The position numbers and the translations under genes are program-made. Shown piece after piece: positions 9,925 through 19,207 of a DNA stretch of 64,000 bases (position 1 is its first letter; every line of letters starts with the position of its first letter). The notes beneath the pieces are model-generated. The model was not told where the DNA came from and made no database searches. It was given only the letters and a program-made list of their open reading frames with translations. Location: positions 960,001-1,024,000 of the forward strand of contig CAWIXE010000002.1 in the NCBI GenBank assembly GCA_963840035.1, in the 5' to 3' direction. This DNA comes from a candidate division FCPU426 bacterium. Lineage in GTDB: Bacteria > Oederibacteriota > PGYV01 > Palsa-1178.

Positions 9925-11103
9925 ACTGCCCCCTTTTTTACCGTCATCAATGTTAAAACACGGTCAGCCTCTGAAGCGGTTTTGGGCGTCAGCCCGGCAA
10001 ATTTAGCCTCTTTTAGCAGTTTGAGTCCGTTAATTGCGGCAGCCGCCAGCTTCCCGTCGGTTTCAGAAATATGTTTTAAAAGTATTTTAGCCCCGCGTTC
10101 AGAACGCACCCATCCCATGACATGAAGCGCCGCCACGCGCTGCTGCCTGTCTCCGGAAGCCATTTTTTCAAGCACCGACATACCTTTGTTTATGTCAAAA
10201 CCGGCAAGAGCCCTCGCTGCGTTTGCCGATATGAGCGCGTCCCTGTCGTATAACAGCGGTTCAAGCAGCCTGGCTGCGGCGCGCTTTTGCCCTTCGTTTC
10301 CCAGCATTTCCGCTTCCAGGATTATCAATCCTTTTGACCTGACCGCGAGGTACGGATTTTTTAACAGGCGTTCCATCTCAGCCGGCGCCTTCGATAATCC
10401 GGCTGATATGAGCGACGCCGCATACGCCGGGTCTTTCTGCGGGTTCTCCGTTTTCCTGCCGCCGGATAGGGTCCACTTTACCCTTTCGAGCTCCACGCGC
10501 TGCGAATATATATCGCGTTCACGCGCTTCCGCAAGCTTATCAAATCCGCGGAGCACGGCGAGAAAAAGTATAAGTATTCCGACCCCAAAAGCGGCGATAA
10601 GCCATGTAACCTCAGTCCTGGAGAGTGTTTCATTTCCCGTGGATGTTTCTACAGGCGGTTTATTGCCAAGGTAAGCGCCCGCCATGAATTTTACCAGGTC
10701 CTTTTGTTCCTGCTCTCCGGGAACGGCGACCGCCATCCGGCTTATACCTTTCCTCAAATGCGTCCTTCACAAAACCGTAAAGCCTGTCGACCTGCGGGTC
10801 CGCCGGGAGAAGTTGTTTCGCCTCTTTTATGTCGATAAAACTTTTTTCCACTTCATTGCCGTAAAAAAAGTCTGACGAGCGTTGAACCAGCAGCCTTGCG
10901 AGGATTTTTTTCGCCGTAACATTGTCAGGCGCGTATTTCAGGGATTTTTCCATGGATGATATGGCCTCGTCCCTGCTGCCCTGAAGGTATTCGCTGACAG
11001 ACCTGTCATAAAATATCTGCCCCAGGTTTGAGTTGTCAGCCATGGCGGGATAAGCAACCAACAACGCCATAAATAACGCGCTTAAAATGTTCTTTTTACA
11101 CAT
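9921..11103 (-). CDS. TPR + TM + HEAT-repeat protein, split by one apparent +1 frameshift near 10737
   Basis: ORFs 10660-11103 (signal peptide, TPR) and 9921-10757 (TM, HEAT: ANAARALAG, VAALHVMG) join if one base is removed from ccggatgg. Confidence 0.65.
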
Positions 11104-11284
11104 AGTAACCCCTCCCGATAAATTGAATCAGCATTTGGATGTATTAAAATAAGCGAAGTTTTAGCATTATTTAGGATGCCGGAGTTTTAGCAATTTGAGC
11201 GTGTAGGTTTGAATTTGTTACAGACTAATTATATCATATGTTTTCCCTTTTTCCAGTTAATGTCAGCCGGCAGTAAAATCCGTC

Positions 11285-11313
11285 TTGACGAAAAGTCCGT
11301 GAAAACATATACT
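11285..11313 (+). promoter_or_regulatory. Sigma70-like promoter
   Basis: TTGACG-17bp-TATACT, 43 bp upstream of ATG 11357. Confidence 0.65.
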
Positions 11314-11356
11314 TAATGGTCGTGAGGCCTTAAAAACACCAAAAATCGAGGTTATA

Positions 11357-13615
11357 ATGGTCAAAGAACATATCAAAAATAAGGTTAAAGAACAGACTGA
11401 ATTGCCGGGAAACAGGATTGTCATATGGTGCGACAGGCTAATATTCTGGCTCCTTCTTGCTACAGTTTTTATAATACCCATCTATTTTAATATTTATTCC
11501 TTTGACCAGTTCGAGATGCCCAAACTCACGCTTTTACGCCTTTTGACCTGCGCCATGCTCGCTTTATGGGCTGTAAAAACTTTTGAAACCGGCAAATTTG
11601 AATTTACCCCTACGCCGCTCGACTTCCCTCTTATCGCATGGGTTGTAATGAACATAGTGACCACAGTATCAAGCTTCGCGCCGGCTTTAAGTTTCAGGGG
11701 TGAATATGAGAATTTCGCGGGTTCGCTTTCAAACATCAACTACGTCATAATCTATTACTTAGCGGTTAATGCAGTTAAAGACAAAAAACACCTTACGGCA
11801 CTGACGTTATCCGCGATGCTCTCCGGTGTTTTTGTCACGTTATACGCAACCGCGCAGTATTTTGGCTTTGATTTCATAAAATGGAACGAAGGCTCCATGA
11901 TACAGGGCCGTTATTTCGCCTCCATGGGCAACCCCAATTTTCTGGGCGCGTTCCTCATAATGATAATTCCCTTCTATGCCGCGTATTTCATTACAAACCT
12001 GAGGTCAAAAAAGTATTCCATGCTCGTCATGCTTGGCATTATGTTCATTCTCTCATACATCGCGCTTGTGGGCACGCAGAGCCGCGGGCCGTTCCTCGGT
12101 TTCATAGCGTCAATCCTGGCACTGCTTGCGTACTGGATGTATAACCAGTACAAAGATAAATCCGTCCAGCCTGAGTTTTCCGGCAAACCTTTTAAGGATG
12201 TATTTATGGCGGGCTTCTTTTCAAATAAAAGGCTCATAGCAACCGCACTTTCGGTAATACTGGTCGCCGGCGTTTTAAGCGCCACATTCGGCAGGGACGC
12301 CACAAAAAGGATCTGGAACACATTAACGCACTTAAATGAAAGTTTTTCCACTTCCCGCCTCCATATATGGCTGCCTGCGCTGAAGATAATAAAGGAATAC
12401 CCTGTTTTCGGAACCGGGGTTGACACATTTAAAACCGTCTTCCCTAAATTTGAAGGCGTTGATTTCGCGCAGATAGACGGCGCCAATGTCTCCTCAAGGA
12501 CGGCGCATAACGAACTCTTAAACATCGGCGCGACCATGGGTTTAACTTCGCTTGGCATATACCTTCTGCTTATAACAGCTTTCCTTCTTGCCTGGATATC
12601 ATCACATAAGCGCCTGACTGACCCTGACCTTAAACTTATTTCAATGGCTGTTATTTCAGCCTTTACAGCCTACTTTGTGCAGAACCTCTTTTCTTTCGGC
12701 GTCGCTGCCATAAACACGCTTCTTTATGTACTTTTCGCCGTACAGATGTATTTATATAACAGCGGCTACGGAGTTAAACAGCGCGCCATAACCCTTCTAA
12801 AAACAGGCGGCAACGGTTTTGCCGTTGCTAAAACATTACTGCAGGCCGTTTCCATAGCCGTATTCCTGTATGCCGGTTATATGGCATACTCCATTTACAG
12901 CGCGGATGTGCACTACAACCGCGGTAAAATTTACGGCAACTACAAAAACGACTGGAAAAACGCCGTAACAGAACACATCGAATCGGTAAAGGAAGCTCCG
13001 GGAGAGGTTAAATACCCTGTTTACCTCGGCCTGGCTTATGAGAGATATGCAAATCAGATAACTGATAAACCCGCCCAGATACAATTACTGCATAAAGCCC
13101 TGGACGCGTACAGCGAAGGGGTAAAACTTAATTCCGGAAACTCCTATTACTGGGGAAACCTCGGCAGGACCTATTTCCTCCTGGCCAAGGCGGAAAACCC
13201 GTCATACCTGGAGCAGGCCATACAGAGCTACAGGACCGCCATAGAAAAAGCGCCGGTTACAGGCATCTTTTACAATAACCTGATAGAAATATATCTGGCT
13301 GTAGGCTCGATGGAGAACGCCATGCCGCTTATTCAACAGCTAACAATATATGATAAAAAGCTCGCCGCAAATTCATACTTCATGCTCGGCAACTTCTATT
13401 TTGGCAAAAGGAACCTTGCTGAAGCTGAAGTAGCCTATAGAAAATCACTCGAAATGGACCCGGACCTTACGCAGTCATATTACAATCTGGGTATTGTATG
13501 CGCGGAAAGACGCGATAAAGAATGCGTGAAGTACTGCATGGAGACATTCCTGGCGAAAGCGCCTGATACGGAGATGTCTCCGAAGGCGCGGGAGATTTTA
13601 GGGCGGTTTAGGTAG
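11357..13615 (+). CDS. O-antigen ligase/O-oligosaccharyltransferase (Wzy_C) family protein with TPRs
   Basis: SMGNPNFLG, TQSRG, R..IW...P.FGTG..TF, AHNE motifs; about 12 TM helices; C-terminal TPRs. Confidence 0.85.
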   Translation: MVKEHIKNKVKEQTELPGNRIVIWCDRLIFWLLLATVFIIPIYFNIYSFDQFEMPKLTLLRLLTCAMLALWAVKTFETGKFEFTPTPLDFPLIAWVVMNIVTTVSSFAPALSFRGEYENFAGSLSNINYVIIYYLAVNAVKDKKHLTALTLSAMLSGVFVTLYATAQYFGFDFIKWNEGSMIQGRYFASMGNPNFLGAFLIMIIPFYAAYFITNLRSKKYSMLVMLGIMFILSYIALVGTQSRGPFLGFIASILALLAYWMYNQYKDKSVQPEFSGKPFKDVFMAGFFSNKRLIATALSVILVAGVLSATFGRDATKRIWNTLTHLNESFSTSRLHIWLPALKIIKEYPVFGTGVDTFKTVFPKFEGVDFAQIDGANVSSRTAHNELLNIGATMGLTSLGIYLLLITAFLLAWISSHKRLTDPDLKLISMAVISAFTAYFVQNLFSFGVAAINTLLYVLFAVQMYLYNSGYGVKQRAITLLKTGGNGFAVAKTLLQAVSIAVFLYAGYMAYSIYSADVHYNRGKIYGNYKNDWKNAVTEHIESVKEAPGEVKYPVYLGLAYERYANQITDKPAQIQLLHKALDAYSEGVKLNSGNSYYWGNLGRTYFLLAKAENPSYLEQAIQSYRTAIEKAPVTGIFYNNLIEIYLAVGSMENAMPLIQQLTIYDKKLAANSYFMLGNFYFGKRNLAEAEVAYRKSLEMDPDLTQSYYNLGIVCAERRDKECVKYCMETFLAKAPDTEMSPKAREILGRFR

Positions 13616-13619
13616 TTTT

Positions 13620-13704
13620 AAACCTTAACCCTTATCCTTATCCTTAGCCTGTAGACCTAAAGTCTAAGAGCTAAGGTTAAGGGTAAGGGTTTAGGGTTAA
13701 GGTA
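13620..13704. repeat. 6-bp-period inverted array (TAAGGG/CCTTAN)
   Basis: aacctt aaccct tatcct tatcct tagcct ... aggtta agggta agggtt tagggt taaggt. Confidence 0.8.
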
Positions 13705-13720
13705 AATATAAAACCAACAC

Positions 13721-13754
13721 AAAAAAAAGGCGGCTTTTCAGCCGCCTTTTTTTT
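13721..13754. terminator. Bidirectional intrinsic terminator
   Basis: A8-ggcggct-tttc-agccgcc-T8 between convergent genes. Confidence 0.9.
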
Positions 13755-13766
13755 GTACATGTAATC

Positions 13767-15137
13767 TTAAAAAGCCCCTTTTGGGCTGATTTTTCTCGCT
13801 TTTTTAAATATATCCGCGGCTTCAGCTTTACGGCCCTCTTTTTCATACACAGTCGCAAGGCCTATCAACGCGTCCGCGAAATTCTCATTCAAGTCCCTGG
13901 CTTTTTTAAAGTTTTTCTTTGCGTCTTTAATTTTATCCTGCCTGAAATAAACCCATCCGATTCCCACAAACGCATCCGGATTAAGCGGGTTGACTTCTAT
14001 GGCCTTTAAGAATTCCCTTTCAGCGTCCTTTAAGCGTTCTTTTTTATTTGAGAACCACTTGTAATAAACCCAGCCCAAGCCTATGTGTATGTCAGACTGC
14101 TCCGGGTTTAATTCAATGCCTTTCATAAAGGAACGCTCGGCAGCTTCAAGGTCATCCTTGTGGTAAAGCACCCAGCCCAAGCCCGTATGTGCGTCGCCGT
14201 AATTAACATCGGTCTTTATGGCTGATTTGAATTCTTTTTCAGCGGCGTTTAATTCACTCTCGCCTAAAAGGAACATCCTGTAATATGTCCAGCCAAGGCC
14301 GACAAAAGCGTCAAGGTCGTTTTTCCTGATCTCTTTTACCTTAAAAAATTCTGTCTCAGCTTCTTCATACCTGTTTTGTTTGTAATATACCCAGCCGAGG
14401 CCAACGTATATTTCGGATTCCTGGGGTTTCAGCGTAAGGGCTTTTAAGAATGCCTTTTCAGCCGATTTATATTCGCCTTTAAGGTAATAAAGCCATCCAA
14501 GCCCCGTGTGGGCGTCAGCGTATTTCGGGTTGATGCTAAGCGCTTTTTTATGTTCCGCTTCAGCCTCGGTCATTTTACCCTGGCTTACATAAACCCCGCC
14601 GAGGCCCAGATGCGCGTCAGCGTAATGCGGCTTGATGGAAATGGCTTTTTTAAATGAGGCACCCGCTTCGTTTATCTTTTCATTATTGTAATATATCCTT
14701 CCGAGTATGATATGGGCGCTCGCGTACTTAGGGTCTTTTTCAACGGCCATTTTTATGTAAGTTTCCGCTTCATCGAGCCTTCCCATCTGGTAATATATGT
14801 CTCCAAAACAGAAATTAGCGTTGGAAAAATCAGGATTTACAGCCACGGCCTTTTTTAATTCAGCTTCAGCTTCTTTATACTTTCCTTCAGTCGCGTACAC
14901 TCTGGCAAGCGCTACATAAGCGTCCGCGTATGTTTTTTCTTCCTTAATGGCTTTTTTGGCCTCTTCTTCGACTTCTTCAAGCTGTTCTTTTGTGCCATAT
15001 ACGCTGCACAAACAAGTAGGAGGGTCCGGAGTACCGAACCGGGGGTCGTTTTTCTGCTTTTTCAGCAGTTCTTTATAGAGTTTTATGAGATTGTCTTTGT
15101 CGGGCACGTTATCCTCCGGAATATTTTTTAACTTCAA
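13767..15137 (-). CDS. Tetratricopeptide repeat protein (about 10 TPRs)
   Basis: Repeated ADAH.GLGW.YY...AE..FKKA...P units; TTG start uncertain. Confidence 0.85.
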   Translation of the reverse strand: MKLKNIPEDNVPDKDNLIKLYKELLKKQKNDPRFGTPDPPTCLCSVYGTKEQLEEVEEEAKKAIKEEKTYADAYVALARVYATEGKYKEAEAELKKAVAVNPDFSNANFCFGDIYYQMGRLDEAETYIKMAVEKDPKYASAHIILGRIYYNNEKINEAGASFKKAISIKPHYADAHLGLGGVYVSQGKMTEAEAEHKKALSINPKYADAHTGLGWLYYLKGEYKSAEKAFLKALTLKPQESEIYVGLGWVYYKQNRYEEAETEFFKVKEIRKNDLDAFVGLGWTYYRMFLLGESELNAAEKEFKSAIKTDVNYGDAHTGLGWVLYHKDDLEAAERSFMKGIELNPEQSDIHIGLGWVYYKWFSNKKERLKDAEREFLKAIEVNPLNPDAFVGIGWVYFRQDKIKDAKKNFKKARDLNENFADALIGLATVYEKEGRKAEAADIFKKARKISPKGAF

Positions 15138-15185
15138 TATATTATCAATTATATGTTAGTTTGGCAATAAGTATTTTTAGGGCGG

Positions 15186-15216
15186 ATTTTCGATTCTAAA
15201 TTTTCAATTTTCGATT
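15186..15216. repeat. 7-bp-period array (ATTTTCR)
   Basis: attttcg attctaa attttca attttcg att. Confidence 0.65.
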
Positions 15217-15251
15217 AATTACATGCTTAAGCAAAACGCCTCCATAAACCA

Positions 15252-15282
15252 TGCCTTGCGCAGCCTGAAGGATGCGGCTACC
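15252..15282. repeat. GTAG-type REP, family C (single copy)
   Basis: tgccttgcgcagcctgaaggatgcggctacc; direct repeat of 17262-17292. Confidence 0.8.
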
Positions 15283-15290
15283 AGCGTATT

Positions 15291-17189
15291 TTATTGCGCC
15301 TTATCGATACGCGAAACCCAATAATTGGCACGGTCTTTATACCCTTCCTTATTACATATCTTTACTATCAAATCCATGGTCACAGTATTAAATGGCTCGA
15401 GCAGGATGACTTTTTCAAGCATGTTAAGGGATTTTTCCGCTTCATGCAGGTTCTCATAATATATCATGGCAAGAGTTGTATATGTAAGCGCGGCTTTTCC
15501 GCCTTCTTTTATGGCTGCGGATTTATACATATCGGCCCTGATTACATCCCCGTTTTGCGCCTCGTATTCCATCATCCTGGATAATACGCTGCCAAAATAT
15601 TCTTCCGTAAAAATGTCCCTGTTTCCCCGTTGAAAAAATCCCCGGATAGAACACAGGCTCATCAGGCCGGATGTGCCCTTTTGTTTTCCTGTACAGTTGA
15701 GTATGCCATAAGGCGTTGTGGCCATTCCCGTGTTTTCCAGGACTGTAAAATCCGTATAAAAGACATTATCAGGGTCCGCTGAAATCATCAACGCTTCAAT
15801 TTCCTTTTCTCTTTTTACTGTAAGCGTGCCGGCTTTCCTGTCATTTTTGAATATATCAAGGTTAAAAAGGTTCGCGTTTGAATCATATACGCGCCTGTCA
15901 TTGTATTTGCCTTTTACCTGGCGCAGGTAGAGTATGTTAAATGCCATGGAATCGGATCCGGTAAAAATAACAGAACCAACCGGCGCTGTCCTTAACATAT
16001 TCTCAGCCCTGTCATAGGCCATGTAATATCCGCTGTTGGAATTGCGCGCCGCTGAATTCAATATCTGAAAACCTGACAGCGCGATAAAAACCAGCGGGAT
16101 AACAGCCGCCTTAAATACCGGCCTTTCCGGCAGTGACGCGACTGTAAGGTATATTCCTGCCGCGGCGGGCATAATAAGCAGCAGGTTTACAGGCAGGAAA
16201 AATACAGAATTCACCTCAGCGTAAAGCGGCGAAACCGAACCGCCGGTGAAGATAATGACAGCGGCAAGGTCAGCCGCGTAAAGAATAATGAATGTATAAA
16301 ATAATTTCACGGATTTCTTATACATGAAGTACAAACCCGGAATGACGAAAAGCAGGGCCGGCCAGTATGTTTTAAGGCAGTCGACTGCGTAGTTCAGCAG
16401 TTTAAAACCAAAAGCCGCCATAAACGGCGCCTGATGCTGCTGTTGCTGCATGTAAGGCTTCCTGAAAATATGGTTAATGACTTCACCAGCGCTGCTGATG
16501 CCTGCCCAGTCCATCACAGGATTAGCCCCTGCCCTTATGAAAAGATACGCGTAAGGTGTTATGAGCGAAAACAGGAAAAGAAAAAACGCCGTTACCAGGG
16601 ACATACCCGGTTTTTTTCCGGATATAAAAGGGATGGCCAGGATAAAAACCGCGAAAAGCAGCATGGTAGGATGAAGAACCGCAAGAAATCCCGCGGCATA
16701 ATATGACAGGAACAGGTATTTTTTTTCACTTTTTATTACGTATAACCCTGAAAAAGTCATGGCAATAAGGGCGCAAAATACCGCCATGATATAAATGCCG
16801 CCTTTATCATATGAAGATAAAAACCAGAATAAACCTGATGATGAAAATAAGAAAGCAGCCGTGACAGCTGAAAAAAATAGGTATTTGCGGTTATTTTCCG
16901 GGGCGTATTGTTTAAGAAAAAAAACTCCGGCAAAGGCCGCTGCGGCAAAAAACATAGCCCCAAGCAGGGCCGATAACAGGCCTATGCGCCATGATAAATC
17001 GCCCGGGAACGCGAGGGTGGCCAGTTTACCGGCCAGCATATATACAGGATAACCCGGAGGGTGCGCGATACCAAGCGAGGCCACGGCAGCGGATATCTCG
17101 CCGCTGTCCCCGAAAATAATGGTAGGAGGGGCGGAAGATATGTACAGGCAGATAAGAACCGCTGAAAGTAAAGCAACAATGTATTTCAT
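15291..17189 (-). CDS. DUF2723 / TMEM260-like (GT117) membrane glycosyltransferase
   Basis: GDSGE, LGIAHPPGYPVY motifs; many TM helices; C-terminal TPR. Confidence 0.85.
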   Translation of the reverse strand: MKYIVALLSAVLICLYISSAPPTIIFGDSGEISAAVASLGIAHPPGYPVYMLAGKLATLAFPGDLSWRIGLLSALLGAMFFAAAAFAGVFFLKQYAPENNRKYLFFSAVTAAFLFSSSGLFWFLSSYDKGGIYIMAVFCALIAMTFSGLYVIKSEKKYLFLSYYAAGFLAVLHPTMLLFAVFILAIPFISGKKPGMSLVTAFFLFLFSLITPYAYLFIRAGANPVMDWAGISSAGEVINHIFRKPYMQQQQHQAPFMAAFGFKLLNYAVDCLKTYWPALLFVIPGLYFMYKKSVKLFYTFIILYAADLAAVIIFTGGSVSPLYAEVNSVFFLPVNLLLIMPAAAGIYLTVASLPERPVFKAAVIPLVFIALSGFQILNSAARNSNSGYYMAYDRAENMLRTAPVGSVIFTGSDSMAFNILYLRQVKGKYNDRRVYDSNANLFNLDIFKNDRKAGTLTVKREKEIEALMISADPDNVFYTDFTVLENTGMATTPYGILNCTGKQKGTSGLMSLCSIRGFFQRGNRDIFTEEYFGSVLSRMMEYEAQNGDVIRADMYKSAAIKEGGKAALTYTTLAMIYYENLHEAEKSLNMLEKVILLEPFNTVTMDLIVKICNKEGYKDRANYWVSRIDKAQ

Positions 17190-17216
17190 AAGGCACCTGA
17201 GCATATGTATTTAGTC

Positions 17217-17294
17217 CCGGTAGCCGCAGCCTTCAGGTTGCGAAAGGCCGGCATCAGATCCTGCCTTGCGCAGCCTGAAGGCTGCGGCTGCCGG
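17217..17294. repeat. GTAG-type REPIN, family C (inverted REP doublet)
   Basis: ccggtagccgcagccttcaggttgcg ... cgcagcctgaaggctgcggctgccgg. Confidence 0.85.
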
Positions 17295-17305
17295 CATTAT
17301 GACAA

Positions 17306-19057
17306 TTAATTCCTGATAGAATCAATGAGTTCCCTTGCCGCTTCCAACGATGCCTGTGTAACGGTTTCACCGCTTAAAAGCTTTGCGACTTCCCGCAATT
17401 TATTCTGTCCATCAAGTTTTATTATCTGAGTTTCTGTCTTGCCGTCCTTTACAGCTTTTTCCACGGAATAATGCGTGTCAGAATAGGCCGCTATCTGCGG
17501 GAGGTGCGTTATGCACAACAGCTGTTTTTTAACGGAAATTTCCTTTAACTTCTTTCCTACGACCTGGGCAATTTTTCCCGATATGCCGGTATCTATTTCG
17601 TCAAAAACCATGCACGGTATTATATCCACAGCCGATAATATGTTCTTGATCGAAAGCATGATCCTGGAAATTTCCCCGCCCGAGGCTACCTTAACCAGCG
17701 GTTTTAAATCTTCTCCCGGGTTTAAAGATATCATGAATTCCACAATATTTATGCCTGTCGCTGACGGCCTGAAATTTTTACCCTTAATTTTAACAAAGAG
17801 CCCCGTGGTGTCTTCTGTTTCAGTTTCCTTAACATCCACAAGGAACCGCCCTTTGCCGATACCCAGGTCCTTAAGTTCTTCCTCTATCCTCGAGCCGAGT
17901 TCCGCAGCCTTCTTATGCCGCGTCTCCGAGAGTTTCTCGCAGATAACCGCCAGAGCCGCCATCAGCGCGTTTTTTTCCTTTTCCTTTTCTTCTATCAGGC
18001 CGCTGTTTAGCTCTATCTTCTTTTTCTCATCAGCCAGTTCAGCATGATATGACTTTAATTCGATTATCCCGCTCTTTTTATACTTTTTCATGAGGCTTTC
18101 GATAAGGCTTATCCGCTCTTCGGTTTCCTGAAGTTTATCCTTATCAAATTCAATCCTGTCCTTATATGATATAAAGAACTCCTTGATTTCCTCAAGCCTT
18201 ACGCCCGCGTCTTTGGCGAGCGCTATCTGGTCTTCCATTGCTTTTTTGTCTATCTTGGCTATCTCATCCATCTCTTCCTGCGCGCTGTAAAGAAGCGCTA
18301 TGGCGCCGTCGCCTTCCATGTCAAGCGAGGACGGCGAGAGGCTCATAATCACCGAATTAACCGATTCTTTCATGGCTTCCGCGTGCACCATCAGGTCCCT
18401 TAATCCGTTGAGTTTTTCAAGCTCGTCATCGGCTTTTAAGTCAGCCTGCTCAAGTTCGTTTAACCTGAATGAGACCATCTCAAGCCTGTCCTGTTTTTCC
18501 TCTTCAAGCTTTCGCATAGCGGCTATTTCACTGTTTATCTGGTTGAATTTTGAATACCCGTCCGAAACTTCCGACCTTAAAGGCAGGACAGCCGCGTATC
18601 CGTCGAGCAGGTCCATATGAACCTCTTCCTTTAAAAGCGACTGATGCTCGTGCTGGCCGTGTATGTCGACGAGTATCTTTCCGAGTTTTTCAAGGAACGC
18701 AAGCGTCGCGGATGAATTATTGATATTTATCTTGCCTTTTGAAGTCCTGCTGATTTCCCTCTTTATAACGAGCTCGCCGTCTGTCTTTTCAATTCCAGCC
18801 TCGTCAAGCATCATGTTTACCGCAGTCATAAGGTTTTTATTTCCCTTAATGTCAAATACCGCCTCGACTACAGCCTTATCCTCGCCGGTCCTGATGTTCT
18901 CCAGGTACCCGCGCTCGCCGACGGCGGTATTTATCGCGCCGATTATGATGGATTTCCCGGCGCCGGTCTCGCCGGTAAGGATATTAAGACCGGCTGAAAA
19001 GTCGATCTCAACATCTTTTAATAACGCATAATTTTTTATTTTGAGTGAAGCCAGCAT
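17306..19057 (-). CDS. recN: DNA repair protein RecN
   Basis: GETGAGKS, DIHGQHEHQSL, ASGGEISRIML, FDEIDTGISG, ITHLPQIAA; GGAGG RBS before ATG 19057. Confidence 0.97.
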   Translation of the reverse strand: MLASLKIKNYALLKDVEIDFSAGLNILTGETGAGKSIIIGAINTAVGERGYLENIRTGEDKAVVEAVFDIKGNKNLMTAVNMMLDEAGIEKTDGELVIKREISRTSKGKININNSSATLAFLEKLGKILVDIHGQHEHQSLLKEEVHMDLLDGYAAVLPLRSEVSDGYSKFNQINSEIAAMRKLEEEKQDRLEMVSFRLNELEQADLKADDELEKLNGLRDLMVHAEAMKESVNSVIMSLSPSSLDMEGDGAIALLYSAQEEMDEIAKIDKKAMEDQIALAKDAGVRLEEIKEFFISYKDRIEFDKDKLQETEERISLIESLMKKYKKSGIIELKSYHAELADEKKKIELNSGLIEEKEKEKNALMAALAVICEKLSETRHKKAAELGSRIEEELKDLGIGKGRFLVDVKETETEDTTGLFVKIKGKNFRPSATGINIVEFMISLNPGEDLKPLVKVASGGEISRIMLSIKNILSAVDIIPCMVFDEIDTGISGKIAQVVGKKLKEISVKKQLLCITHLPQIAAYSDTHYSVEKAVKDGKTETQIIKLDGQNKLREVAKLLSGETVTQASLEAARELIDSIRN

Positions 19058-19082
19058 AAAACCCTCCATATTCTTCATTTTA

Positions 19083-19203
19083 ACCAATATCCAATATACT
19101 TTTAGCCATTAATAATGTATCGCTTTGCGATTTAATTATAATAAACCGCGGGATTTATCCCGCGAACCTAATATATTGGCCAAATGTTTATTGGCTATTG
19201 GCT
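19083..19203. repeat. 7-bp inverted arms (CCAATAT / CTATTGG) enclosing a cgcggga-ttta-tcccgcg hairpin
   Basis: ccaatat ccaatat ... aaaccgcgggatttatcccgcg ... atattgg ... ttattgg ctattgg. Confidence 0.55.
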
Positions 19204-19207
19204 GTAT

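Noticed and set aside
11157..11192. agttttagca direct repeat in a divergent promoter region
   Set aside because: Only 10 bp and two copies; not distinguishable from chance
13620..13704. True telomere or eukaryotic contamination
   Set aside because: Only one exact TTAGGG; degenerate, internal and flanked by bacterial genes
19058..19207. SOS/LexA box upstream of recN (or uvrA)
   Set aside because: No motif shared between the two upstream regions could be identified
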